From NCBI GenBank assembly GCA_964252035.1, contig OZ176200.1: a stretch of DNA of 64,000 nucleotides; one strand, given 5' to 3'. Shown here piece after piece: positions 38,161-49,221 of this stretch. A program made the position numbers and the translations under genes. How positions within the stretch are numbered: the stretch's first letter is position 1; the number at the start of each line of letters is the position of its first letter. Source of the DNA: Podarcis erhardii. Lineage: Eukaryota. The notes beneath the pieces were generated by a model, which saw only the letters and a program-made list of their open reading frames with translations, had not been told where the DNA came from and ran no database searches.

Positions 38161-41100
38161 CTACCTCTGTGTATTTATGTGCCTTTCTTTGTGAAGATGC
38201 AGGAGGTTTTCTTCACATGTAAGAGTTTTAGTGTCCCGGTGCAAAACACCCTTCTCTTTCAAGTGATCAGGCATTAATTGAATGGCTTCAGCTGAGGCCT
38301 TTATAGAGGAAGCAAAACCTTCTTCAGACCTTGCGATCCCAAGTGGCTCTCCGAGATGATTTTCTTTAGAGTTATTTGGGAAGGAATTCAAGACTGGACA
38401 TTCATTAGGGATGTCTAGACTCAAAGATTCACTAGCATAACTTAAATTATCTGGTATCATCTGGCTAAGAGAGCCAGGCATGCTGATGTCCATTTCCTCA
38501 CTTAAGAAAGAAAAGCCACTACATTCAGCAGATATTTTAGGTTCATCTGTTAAATCCAGGGCTTCGTATTTTACTTCCACTTCACTGTCAGGAAGATATC
38601 CCTGCTGTTCCACTCGTTCATCTTCAGGACAGGCTTCAAAAAAGCATTCAATATTTTCCGCAAAGTCTAGAGGGACTGGAGTGCTGGTCTTTTCTTCAAC
38701 ATATTTAGTTACCTCCCCACAGTCACTGTCATGGGAAGAAAGTGAGAGGTACGAATAAAAATCACCTTTTCTAAGTTGAATGGGCCTGTGAGAATGTTCT
38801 AGAACCTTTTCCCTGATCTGGGCTAATGAATGTGGAACAGCTGGTTCACTTTCAGGCTGAGACTTGTTCTTTAAGGCTGTTGAGGCCATGTCAATTATCT
38901 CCATCACAAAGTTGTGCACTGAACAATCCTCCTCATTTCTTTTATCAAAAGCAGCAGTTTCACAGCTACAACAGGAATCACTACAGCCAGCTGATGCATT
39001 TTCTTCTGCTTCATTTGATTTTAAAGATTCACAGCAATCTCCGCCATGTTCACTAATTCCTGTTCTGCTTTGCTGATCATTTGGCAGCGATTTTGGTAAT
39101 GCCATATCTGAACTTTTCATATCCGAGTCAAATTCTGTAAAAGGTTTTATAATAGAATGGCCTTCAAACTGAATATGTTTTTTATATTCTTTCTGAGAGC
39201 TGGATATTTTTGACAATTGAGCTGGCTCTTTACCATCCATACGTGAATCATCCGAACTATCAGTAAATGCTTCACAGATACAACATTCATTTTCACTTCC
39301 TTTACTAAGTGGGCTAACATTCATGGCAGCAGTTGAAATTTGAATATGTTCTTCCTTTGGACTTTCTTGTGTAATAGTAACATTTCCATTCTCCATGTCA
39401 TCCACAAAGTGATCTTTGGAAACTTGAAAGCCATCATTTTTCATTTGCCTTTTTGTCCCTGACTCATCATGGCTCTCTGATGTGTTCTTACTGTTGCCAT
39501 TATTTTTTGAAAGCTTGCGTATGGAATCATTCAAGAATTTTTCAATGCTCAATGAATCTTTTGCTTTCAAAGTCTCATTACTTCTTAAATTCTTACAGCC
39601 CTGGATTTCATCATCCAGATTGCACTTTCTCTTCTCCTTTGTCAGATTAAATTTTGGTCTGATCCAAGTGTAGAGTTCATTCTTTATGTAGTCAAGTCCT
39701 GAAATTAAATTGCAGTCTTCATAAATATCCTCATCAGTTGCAATACTAGAATCATCATCTTCATCTTTAATGCCTAGCTCTTCCTCAGTCAAGGTGAGAG
39801 TAGAACTTGATAGCAAATCACTATCATCTTCATCATCAGTGCAAGCGGAGGTACAGGAAACATTAACAATCATGCTAACGTTGACATCGCTCTCATCAGC
39901 TACCGACCGACTGAGGTGTTTTCTGAATGATGCATTTGAATCTGGTGCTTTATTTCTGTGCAGTACAATATCTTCAGAGCACAAAGACAGGTCATCGCTG
40001 CTGCTTAGCTCAGTGAGAGAAGCCGGTGAATCTTCATTGATAGAAGACGCAATATCCAATGACAACTGGCCAGCCAAGGACATTCTTTGAGAAGTGCTTT
40101 GGAGTGTGATATCAGAGATGCTACGCTTTATTTTTTGGTCTAAAGGGCTCTGGATATTTTCCAGACGATTCAAAAGGTCTAAGGTCCTTTTGCTAAGTTC
40201 CCCAACTGAATCACTACTTCCACTTAGGTCTCCAGAGCCATTGCAACTAAAAAGATCTTCATTGCTTTTGTAGGGTGTTAGCCAACTCTCCAAGGATGTG
40301 CTACGATGAAGCCCATCTCCACTTCTAAAAACAGTCGAGCCAAACAACTCATTTGTCACCGAAAGGGAGTCTAAAGAAGAGCTATGAGATAAAGTTGGGC
40401 ACAGCTTTGCATTTGTTGGGTCGCTCAGTTTCTTCAAATCCTCCACAAATTCACAGCGTTTGGGGTCTCCATCATCCAAGTTGGTTGAGAAAGCAATCTC
40501 ATCTGTAGATACAAGTGGCTTGAACTCTAAAGGTTGATGTTCCGATTTCAAGGGGACTTTATCAAAATAAAAGCCATGAAGCAAACTACCCTGCTTATGT
40601 GCTTTTTCTGAGTTTGATTGTTTCATTATGATTGGTAGCTTGAATTTGGAACCCTGAAGGTAAGAATAGTCATAAAATGTAAAGACATTGTGTTTTCCTT
40701 GTTGCAACTCTTCTGAACCCTCAGAGCCCTGTTGGGCGATGCTGCCCAGGCTTTTAGCTCTGTCGCTGGACTTTGACTGGGAAGTATTTAAGAAATTAAA
40801 ATGGATCTCCCCATCCGCTTGCTTTAAATTTTGTTTTATCACATCAACTATATTCCCTAACTGGGAATCTGAAATGCTAGTCACAGAATTATCCTGCTTT
40901 CTATCAGTATCATTTTGCAAATGGACATCAGGATTTTGGATAGCTTCTGCCTCACTTCCATTGACTGTTTTATTCTGACTGTCAGAATGCCTACTTACAT
41001 TTCCGCTGTGATACATATAATTCTGTGGGCTTGTCAAAGTGGTCCTGCCCATTAGTTCTGGCAAATGTTTGGTTGGTGACAACAAAGAGTTCTTATCCAC

Positions 41101-41490
41101 ATGCTTCTTTAAAGTGTCCAAGTGTGTAAGTGTGGAGGATTTGGATGTCTTTTTCATTAGAGAGATATTATTTTCCCCTGATAGCTCTACATTGTGAAGG
41201 CTGTACACTTGGTAGACCTGTGGAACTGGAGATGCTGTAATGCTTGGGCTGCTGAGGCAATTTTCATGTACAGTGGGATTTTCCTCCTGTTTGGGACAGT
41301 CATTATTACCACATGCTTCATAGGGAGAGTTCAGTTTTGTGTCATCTTGCTTCAGTTCTTGATCAAGCTCATTGAATTCCTCATTAACGCTAATCAACGT
41401 ATTACTTATATCCATTTCATCCCATTCTAGTGCATCTTCATTTGTACCATTCAGCTCCATTAAGCTTGGATCGATAACATTCAGGGATTC
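38161..41490 (-). CDS. AKAP6: AKAP6 large last coding exon (1109 aa + stop; equivalent to human exon 13)
   Basis: 1099-aa ORF in the track plus 10 upstream codons (ESLNVIDPSL) back to the acceptor tttctctgtttttaacag|GAATCC. Contains AKAP6 signatures EDALEWDEMDISN, YQVYSLHNVEL, FTFYDYSYLQGSK, SKRTLDLLNRLENIQSP, DDEDDSDLLSSSTLTLTEEEL, HRPIQLRKGDFYSYLSLSSHDSDCGEV, KTLTCEENLL. TAG at 38163-38161. Confidence 0.97.
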   Translation of the reverse strand, partial: ESLNVIDPSLMELNGTNEDALEWDEMDISNTLISVNEEFNELDQELKQDDTKLNSPYEACGNNDCPKQEENPTVHENCLSSPSITASPVPQVYQVYSLHNVELSGENNISLMKKTSKSSTLTHLDTLKKHVDKNSLLSPTKHLPELMGRTTLTSPQNYMYHSGNVSRHSDSQNKTVNGSEAEAIQNPDVHLQNDTDRKQDNSVTSISDSQLGNIVDVIKQNLKQADGEIHFNFLNTSQSKSSDRAKSLGSIAQQGSEGSEELQQGKHNVFTFYDYSYLQGSKFKLPIIMKQSNSEKAHKQGSLLHGFYFDKVPLKSEHQPLEFKPLVSTDEIAFSTNLDDGDPKRCEFVEDLKKLSDPTNAKLCPTLSHSSSLDSLSVTNELFGSTVFRSGDGLHRSTSLESWLTPYKSNEDLFSCNGSGDLSGSSDSVGELSKRTLDLLNRLENIQSPLDQKIKRSISDITLQSTSQRMSLAGQLSLDIASSINEDSPASLTELSSSDDLSLCSEDIVLHRNKAPDSNASFRKHLSRSVADESDVNVSMIVNVSCTSACTDDEDDSDLLSSSTLTLTEEELGIKDEDDDSSIATDEDIYEDCNLISGLDYIKNELYTWIRPKFNLTKEKRKCNLDDEIQGCKNLRSNETLKAKDSLSIEKFLNDSIRKLSKNNGNSKNTSESHDESGTKRQMKNDGFQVSKDHFVDDMENGNVTITQESPKEEHIQISTAAMNVSPLSKGSENECCICEAFTDSSDDSRMDGKEPAQLSKISSSQKEYKKHIQFEGHSIIKPFTEFDSDMKSSDMALPKSLPNDQQSRTGISEHGGDCCESLKSNEAEENASAGCSDSCCSCETAAFDKRNEEDCSVHNFVMEIIDMASTALKNKSQPESEPAVPHSLAQIREKVLEHSHRPIQLRKGDFYSYLSLSSHDSDCGEVTKYVEEKTSTPVPLDFAENIECFFEACPEDERVEQQGYLPDSEVEVKYEALDLTDEPKISAECSGFSFLSEEMDISMPGSLSQMIPDNLSYASESLSLDIPNECPVLNSFPNNSKENHLGEPLGIARSEEGFASSIKASAEAIQLMPDHLKEKGVLHRDTKTLTCEENLLHLHKERHINTQR
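38869..38922 (-). other. AKAP6: PKA-RII binding amphipathic helix (SVHNFVMEIIDMASTALK)
   Basis: Hydrophobic residues at helix positions 1,4,5,8,9,12,16 fit the AKAP consensus; matches the recalled mAKAP RII site VHNFVKEIIDMASTALK. Confidence 0.85.
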
Positions 41491-43216
41491 CTGTTAAAAA
41501 CAGAGAAATAGAATAATCAGTTAAATCACAAACAGTACATCCCACCTCCATAACTGAAAGTCAATACATAGTTCCTTACTCCTTGTAAAAAGCCCATTTC
41601 TCATCAGTTTTGCTATGCTGCATAAAACAAGATATAAATTACTGAAATACAATAAATAACAGTAAAGAGCAATAGGTAAAGTTCAGAGTGTGGACATAGA
41701 AAAGCTCATTCAGATTCTATCTTAGCTATGAAGTTCACTGGGCATTGGGCTGCTAAACTAGAAATCTAGCAATAGCGGTAAGTTCAACAGAATCCCTCAT
41801 ACCTGCTTAACCAAGCATTAAAAACAGCAGTTCCTTCTTTCTCTAGAATCTAGGGGTCACCATGCACCATAAACTCCAGCTCGTCTAAGCTTCAGCCTAT
41901 TCTGCCTCGTCCAATTAGTGGCTCCCAAACTCAAGGTTGAGGCTGCTGGTATTGGATCTGGTGAGGTGCCAATCTGCAGTGTATTTCAAGGACTCAACTG
42001 TCTGTCTCCCCACCCATAGCTACAAACAGGATCAGCACCACAAACTCCTCAGGAAACTGGTGCTAGTTTTAGGATGCCTAGGATTATCTGTGTAGAAGAC
42101 AAGATGAGGTAGGGTTTTTTTTGTTTTGTTACAATTGCAGCTGGAGAGCCAAGGTTAAACTTCCCCTACTGCGTGCTGTGGTCCCACTCAATGCCCCTCC
42201 TGCCCACTCCACAACCCAGTATGCTTCAAAGTAATAAATTTAGTGCCATATCTAGTTTGGCTTTTAGAGACAGGGAGTGACTATTCTAACTATAACCATG
42301 TAACAATCTGAGAACGACAGAGGAGACTGTAGAATCCCCTTCATGCTCAGATACTAGGCCAGTACTGAACAGTCAACCCAATGTATAACCTACCGTACAT
42401 GTTTTTGGTTTGTAATACAATATGGTGGTAATAGTATAATGCTTCTCGTGGCAGCCATGATGTCCTGAGCAACACCACACTAAAAGAGGAAGTCTCAGCA
42501 TGATTGCTGATGTCCTGAGATATGTGGCTACCTCTGTCAGTTTAGCCAGGAAGTCTTTCTTAAACAGAAGAATGACCAGTACACCAACAGAATTGCTAGT
42601 ATGCCCCCATTCCCCCAACATAAAATACTAACATTTCAACCTGGCTTTATCAAGGGAATTTCCAATCTGGAGGCCAAATGCTACACAACCCAAACTGGAA
42701 GATAGACTTTGGGTTATGTACAATACACTGAGCATTAGTAACAACAATTATTCAAAAGATTATCTATTATCTGAATGTGAAAGCTTATCTGAATTGTAAA
42801 TGTATGGGAGGCCAAGTGAAAAAGTAATATTTTAAAAGTCTATAGTATTTTAGATAGGGAAAATGCTTATATCCTGACTTTCTGCCTTAATATGAGGTTA
42901 GTCACCGCTATCCATTCCTCCTTGAGGAAGATGCAACAGACCTCTTGACACGTGCAAGAGCTCTACTAGAAGACTCTTTGTAAGTGATGGTGGTGGAAAA
43001 GAAATGGTGTTTTTTTGCAGCCATCACAGTCATGGGGTAGACCCTCCAGCAGCCTTTAGTCAGTGTTCAGTTGGATTAGCTTTGCTATCACACCTAGTGG
43101 ACATCTTGCCATTCATCACCTAAGCTCCACAGAAAACCGTTGAACTTAACCAGCAGGAAAGGACTCTCAGAAGTAATTACAGCAACTGCACAATCTATTT
43201 ACCCATTCCAGAGGTG

Positions 43217-43562
43217 CAGGGGCGGAGGAAGGGGACGGGGCGGGGGTCTGCCCTGGGTGTCACCCCTCAGGGGGTGACAAAATGCTGAGCGGCACTCACC
43301 GCGGGGCCTGCAGCACACCCAAGCCACACATCTCTCCTGGGAGTGACGTGGTGGCTTGGGCACCTGCAGGCTCCATGCTGCCCAAATGGTCTGCCTGCCG
43401 CCTCCCCATCAGCTGTAGGGCAGCTGAGTGGGAGGAGATAGACAGACTCCTTGGAAGCCCCACGAAGCGTCCTGCCCCAGGTTGCCCTGCCCTGCAGGCA
43501 GTTGGTCCTGCCCCTGGGCACGTGCGCCACCCCAGGCACCCAATCGGCTTGCTCCACCATTG
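43217..43562. mobile_element. hAT non-autonomous element, 346 bp
   Basis: Imperfect 15-bp TIRs (11 of 15) CAGGGGCGGAGGAAG / CTTGCTCCACCATTG; perfect 8-bp TSD CAGAGGTG at 43209-43216 and 43563-43570. Confidence 0.9.
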
Positions 43563-43643
43563 CAGAGGTGTCTTCAAGGGATTTGCCAGCCAAGGCACCA
43601 GAAACATCCTGCTAAACTATCAGGAAACCACCTGGAGTTACCT

Positions 43644-43806
43644 TAGCATCTGCTTTGCGTTGCATGTGGAAGTTCTTCAGTTCAACCCCTGGCATTTCTA
43701 GGCTGGGCTAGGAATGTTGTCTGTCTGAAGCCCTGGAGAGCTTCTGCTAGTCAGTGTGGACAGTACTGAGTTAGATGGACTTAGTGTCTGACTCAGAATA
43801 AGCAGG
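43644..43806 (+). mobile_element. tRNA-Ala-derived SINE fragment
   Basis: agcatctgctttg...ttcaacccctggcatttcta...ccctggagag...gacagtactgagttagatggac; same family as 34356. Confidence 0.65.
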
Positions 43807-46094
43807 TCTTTGTGGCTAACGCACCATCATGTTATCTGCCCCTGACAAAGGAACTACACCAGGTTTCTAACACAAAGCACCAAATTCAGAGTGTTCTGTA
43901 TTATGTGGGTGGGGCCAGATATCAACTGAGACAGACTCGTGGTTGTGAGGGAGGCATGAAAATCATAAGCCACTCCCAACAAGGGACCTTAGCGTGGATG
44001 AGATTCCTGGGGACACCCAACCTGGGCGTTAATGTTCATCTGTTATACAAGTTCTTATAACAGCTCCTTTGTATAGAGTATACCCAACTCTGCTGAATTT
44101 TTATTTGAATTTCCATTTGTTTGCTTGCTGATAAAAGCAGTATTAATGACTGGTTAGTATGACTAATGAATGTGAAAGACTTTAGTTGTAAAAGCAATCC
44201 ATCAGTCGTCTAATCAAATACTACATTAATTTCATATATTGCCTGTGCTGACATTGCTCTGGGAAACTGCTGAATAATGAAGCAAGACGGTAGGGGGAAA
44301 ATTGTTGCCTTCCTATGAAATTGTCGGTTTTATGTATACAACATTTAAAGCTAATCTGATGAAGCCTTCCCCTCTTGTTTTTAAGATGTATATTCAACTG
44401 TGAAAGAAAAGAAGAAAGGCATTTCTTGGGGGGGGGGGGGGCTTTTCAAAGGATGTGGTGCAATGCAATAGAAAAGATGGGAAATTGCTCCTATCCAATT
44501 TCCCTATCTGACCTTTTAACTGGACACTTTGCAGTAGATGGGACTGCATGACACATGAGATGTCTTCTAATTCTGGGATACTGGAATTCTATTGTTTAGT
44601 GAAGCAAAGCTCCAAAGGGCTATAAGTTCTTAAACCTTCTACATAAAACTTCCATGCATACAGAGACATCACTGAAGTTTTCTCCATATTTCAAAATGCA
44701 TACCAAGAGTAACTAATGTCTTCTTTAAGATTTGAAGGGACAGGAAACTAGCTACAGACTCCATAATTTTGTGAACCTGCAGAACCCACCCGCTTCTTAA
44801 ATATAAAACGCTTGTCACTTTCTGGCAAGGAAGATAACATTGCTGCTGTAAATCAGCTTTTGCCTGCTTCATTTATTCTGCACATCATGCAGATCCCACA
44901 GCAGAACAGAAACAATGACATAACCTCAACTCATTTATTTTAATTGTGGGATCACTTATTTCAAAACTTACTTTTTGTCACTTAACTTCTCAGAGTTTTA
45001 CATGGGAAATTAATTAATTTCAGTAGATCTACCCTGAGTAAAAATTCATTGAACACCACCCACTGGGTTGTAGATCCCAGGATCTGCTGAAAGAAAGGTT
45101 CTCCTCCTTCTGCAGCCAGCTGAAAATTTTCTCCATAGTGTTGAGCAAAGCAGGGGCTTCCAAAATGGAGTGGCAGGTTGCAGGTGGGACAAGGAATATT
45201 GGAATAGTAATATTCCAATAAAGATGCTTTTATGTCTTGACAGAACAGACCTGTAGCATAAACACCTCATATGCTTTTACAGGACAATTAACAAAGAGTT
45301 TTGGTGGTTGGAGCAACTACCTTTTCTTTTGCTTACACTAGTTGTCAGCTCTGAACGACTGGATAAACCATTGTGGAAATGAAGCAAAATGAATGAAAGA
45401 AGCCATCCCCCACTTCAAAGAATGTATGAACCACAATGAAAAACAAAAATGATTTTGTATTTGAAAAATGCCAGCATGCCAGTTACTTCTTCTGAGGGAA
45501 GTAATCATGTTTACAGTGCCCATTTCACCTCTGCAGCCCTCATGTTTTTGTTCTAAATGGGTCTCCTTGTGTTGCAGCCAAACAGAGAGCTATCCTCTTT
45601 GCACAACACCTACACCTCATCATTAATAAGCAGCAACTGTAAAAGGACATTCACGCTGCAACATTTTTGGGTCCACAAATGTGTATAAATACGGCACTTT
45701 ACTATGGCTCTCTAGAGGCAAGAGCAATTAGATTCATATACTTACTGTAATTAAAGTTAAAGCAGAAGCTAATTAGCAATGTTGTGTTTACTTTTCTTTA
45801 AAGAAAATAAAGATCCTAGAGTCAGACACACAATATATATATTTTTAAATTTAATGATTGCAGGTACCCACAACTATAATTCAGTCCTTATATTAGTTTC
45901 TTCGCTTGTTCATAGCCCTTCCTAGCATTTGTTGGTAGAAAATGTGATGGAAATCACTCTAGCTTTAAAGGGAAGTAGAGGAGTCATTTTTATGCTGTGA
46001 GATACGATGAGGTATATGTTCTACATTTCCCCCCTAAATCAATTTTCTTATTGAAAATAATTAGCCTTTTGAGCTCTTGACAAAGCATGGCTCC

Positions 46095-46252
46095 AACCTT
46101 GTATTGAGCTTTAAGACAGGACAGTGGTCTGTCTAGGTTCAGTGTTGTCTGTACTATACTAGCTGGGTTTCAGACAGGAGTCTTTCCTAGTCCAGGGATT
46201 AAGCTTTGGGCTTCCTTCATCCTAAGTATCTGTTCCACCACCAAACTATACC
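46095..46252 (-). mobile_element. Degenerate tRNA-Ala-type SINE
   Basis: Reverse-complement similarity to the 43644 copy (gtctgtctaggttcagtgttgtct...gagtctttcctag). Confidence 0.45.
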
Positions 46253-46723
46253 CACATCCTTGTGAAAGGTCAATTAAGAATGCTAGAGTCAGATGTCTGT
46301 AAACATGGTTGGATAGCACCATTGACCACAGCAGGGTGTCCACAACCCATGTGGTCTCAGTAAAGGATCTGATTTTGTGCAACTATTAGTGATCCTTCAT
46401 CCATTGCATTGAGGCACATCTTATGATAAGAAACACAAAGATAAAAGGGCATTTGAGCAGCAACTGGGAATGCTGTGATGTTCAATATGCAAGCTCAAGG
46501 AAGAGAAAATCCCATTTCCTTGTCTATTTAGAAAGAATTTGATGAGCCATTAGCTGGGTTCCCTATTGCATTGATTGTCCCTCCCCCACTCCTCAACACC
46601 CCCAATATCCAAAGTTGAAAAAGCAAAGACAGCTTAATTTTCAACTTATATTTATTTCACATGAATCAAGAGAAAACCTGGGACATTAAAACACCATTTA
46701 TAGTATTGTAACCAGTGCTGGTA

Positions 46724-46852
46724 AGGTTACCAGACGTCCCTGTTTCCCAGGGACAGTCCCCGGATTTACAAATCAGTCCCCTGACAAAATCCATCTATTT
46801 AATAGGAAGTTGAAAAGTGTCCCTGGATTCATTGAGAAAAATCTGGTAACCT
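46724..46852. mobile_element. TA-flanked MITE nested in the hAT 5' terminus
   Basis: Perfect TIR AGGTTACCAGA (46724-46734) / TCTGGTAACCT (46842-46852), with TA on both sides. Confidence 0.88.
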
Positions 46853-46938
46853 TAAGGAAGGGGGTGCGGGGTGTGTGGTCTGCCCCGGGTGTCATCACTG
46901 AGGGGGGGGGTGTGACAAAATGACAAAAATATGAGTTT

Positions 46939-46940
<2 letters not shown>

Positions 46941-46986
<46 letters not shown>
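46941..46986. repeat. (AAT)15 microsatellite
   Basis: Direct reading. Confidence 0.95.
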
Positions 46987-46991
<5 letters not shown>

Positions 46992-47076
46992 TTGGGCTCA
47001 TGAAACTTTTTAGTTCAGTCAACAAACGTAATGAAACACGGCTGGCACAAGGTGCCACACTGCGGGGGCCAGCACT

Positions 47077-47218
47077 CTGTGAGGTGAGTGGGGCTGAAAG
47101 ACTTCAGAGAAGTGTGACTAGCCCAAGGTCACCCAGCAGCTGCATGTGGAGGAGCGAGGAAGCGAACCTGGTTCACCAGATTACGAGTCTACCGCTCTTA
47201 ACCACTACACCACACTGG
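47077..47218 (-). mobile_element. Squam3 SINE 5' part nested in the hAT element
   Basis: Minus strand ccagtgtggtgtagtggttaagagcggtagactcgtaatctggtgaaccaggttcg...gggtgaccttgggctagtcac, matching the recalled Squam3 head and CORE. Confidence 0.85.
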
Positions 47219-48487
47219 TGTGGTGGTTTGGGCGCCTGCAGGCTCCGCAGCGTGGGGCTTGTGTCTGCCCACCGCCTCTTTCTCAGCTGCTCTCCAGCTG
47301 AGGGGGAGGCGGCGGAGAGGCTTGATGCAGTGCGCCCTGCCCCCAGCTGCAGGACGCATGTGCCACACTGGCCACCCAAGCGGCTAGGTACACCACTGAT
47401 TGTAACCCCCATTTGGCTAAAATGCAGCAACCCACATTTGGCTAAAATGGAAGAATAGGGAGCTTCCTGTTTGATTACAGAATTTGTTTGATACTGCTGT
47501 AAACTGATTTTTCAGGGGCACATAGAGCTGTATAAGAAAGGTATGGGTAGAAAACCCTCTTTGCATGAAAAGAACTCTGCTCATGCTTCTCTGATTCCAA
47601 CTCGTAATTTCTTGCAAGATACAGTTTGTCACCAGAATGATTCATTCCAGGGCTCCAAGCATAAAGGTCTGCACTGGGAATTATGTGGCGCGATGACAAA
47701 ATCAATTTATCCATCTACTACCCTTTTTGGATCCTAGCCCATGCCAGAGACTCATTTGGTTAACCTTTAAAGCCCCTTGCAAATGTTCAAGGGAAGGAAC
47801 TTTCAAAATTACCTACTGCAGAAAAAACACACACATGGGTGTCCTGTTTAAAATTTTGGTCACTTAAACAATTCAAAGAAAATTTCACAATTTCCACAAA
47901 TTGCGTGGGGCGTACCCATTTAAGTAAGTACTGGGTCTTAAGCACTGTTAACACTCTGACTTCAAAAAAGGAAGGACTGTGGAAAACAGTGGTTACTTTC
48001 TGGTCTATCACATTTTAAATCAATTTAAGTGACAATCACTGGTTTACGTGTCAAATCGTATAGGAAGAGGGGATTTATTTGTGTTGATAACATCTGGAAA
48101 CACAGCACATTTTATTGGAAGTTGCTTTTGCTACTCTATAGTTTGCTTTTCATCTGTCAAGGGGTTACATGACAGGTATGTATGCGTTTGTGTGTTCAAG
48201 CTTCAATGTCATTTTGGTCTCAACATTGCTTCAGGTGCAATATATTCATTCCCCCTTCCAAACAAGTACAATAAAGGATATTCACAGGAAGAAAAAGGAA
48301 CAACGAAAAACAACAACCACCAAACAAGATATCTAGATGTGCCTTAAAAACACATTTATGCATGACCAGTTGTTCAAGAATGTGAAGGGGGTATATCCTA
48401 TTCAAATGTGTATCCTATCAAGAGCAATACAACACGTAAATATCCTCACACTGGGATGGATTCAGATTTTGCTTTCCGTGAACAGGC

Positions 48488-48966
48488 TGTTACTGTTGGA
48501 AGGGAGATGACTTTTGCCAATTCACTCTTCCTCTTTAGCTCCTCAACTCACAGGCAGGATTTGGGGTTGAGGACTGCAGCAGGGGATCAGCAAAAGGACC
48601 GTCCCCTGTCTCTGTGGGCAATATCGTTCACTCAGGCCAGAGCTGTTCCATAGACAGCAGTCTGAAGCGATGAAGAAACTAAAGTATGGACTAAAGAGCA
48701 ATCCAAATTAGAGGGCAAACCAGAAGGCAGAACTGGAGAAAAAAAACCAAGAATCACAACCAAGAAGCAATCCAGGTCAGAGGGAAAACTAGAAGGCAGA
48801 TCCGAGAACAAGTCAAGAGTCAGCACCAACCAGCAATACACACAGGGCTTGTTGTTCAAGCAAAGTTCTGCTGAGGCAGGAAGTCCTCTTATGCAAGAGC
48901 CAATGGCCAACCTGGGTAGTCTGGAAGGTTCATCCCTGAGAAGCTCCAGAGACACTGCTTGCCACA
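48488..48966. mobile_element. Possible Gypsy-type solo LTR
   Basis: Starts tgttac, ends gccaca; internal 34-bp direct repeats at 48698-48731 and 48767-48800 (29 of 34). No TSD found. Confidence 0.35.
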
Positions 48967-48995
48967 TGGGGTAAAAGGGTCAGCAGTTTTATGTA

Positions 48996-49221
48996 CAGTG
49001 GTACCTTGGGTTAAGTACTTAATTCTTTCCAGAGGTCCGTTCTTAACCTGAAACTGTTCTTAACCTGAAGCATCACTTTAGCTAATGGGGCCTCCTGCTG
49101 CTGCCGTGCTGCCGGAGCACGATTTCTGTTCTCATCCTGAAGCAAAGTTCTTAACCTGAAGCACTATTTCTGGGTTAGCAGAGTCTGTAACCTGAAGCGT
49201 ATGTAACCTGAGGTACCACTG
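48996..49221. mobile_element. Tc1/mariner (Tigger-like) MITE, 226 bp
   Basis: TIR CAGTGGTACCT / AGGTACCACTG, TA TSD; near-identical to 28207-28432 and in the same orientation. Confidence 0.92.

Larger units (their letters stand above)
46713..47398. mobile_element. hAT element (family of 43217) hosting nested insertions
   Basis: Ends CAGTG... / ...CACCACTG; perfect 8-bp TSD ATTGTAAC at 46705-46712 and 47399-47406; body shares ggtctgccc.gggtgtca...tgacaaaatg and gtggtgg.ttgggc.cctgcaggctcc with 43217. Confidence 0.9.

Noticed and set aside
32806-38163. Stop-codon readthrough extension (53 codons open across the UTR junction)
   Set aside because: TAG-A is a poor readthrough context, and the recalled human sequence stops within a few codons.
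41458-41460. ATG at 41460 as the start of a standalone 1099-aa protein
   Set aside because: The frame continues 10 codons upstream to a strong splice acceptor and joins the upstream exon; it is an internal Met.
42440-42570. Possible L2 endonuclease remnant (DFLAKLTEV...)
   Set aside because: The similarity is too short and degenerate to call without a search.
42765-42795. Other GAAAGCT hits as further hammerheads (also near 11461, 20289, 50165, 61260)
   Set aside because: They lack an upstream CUGANGA plus stem II.
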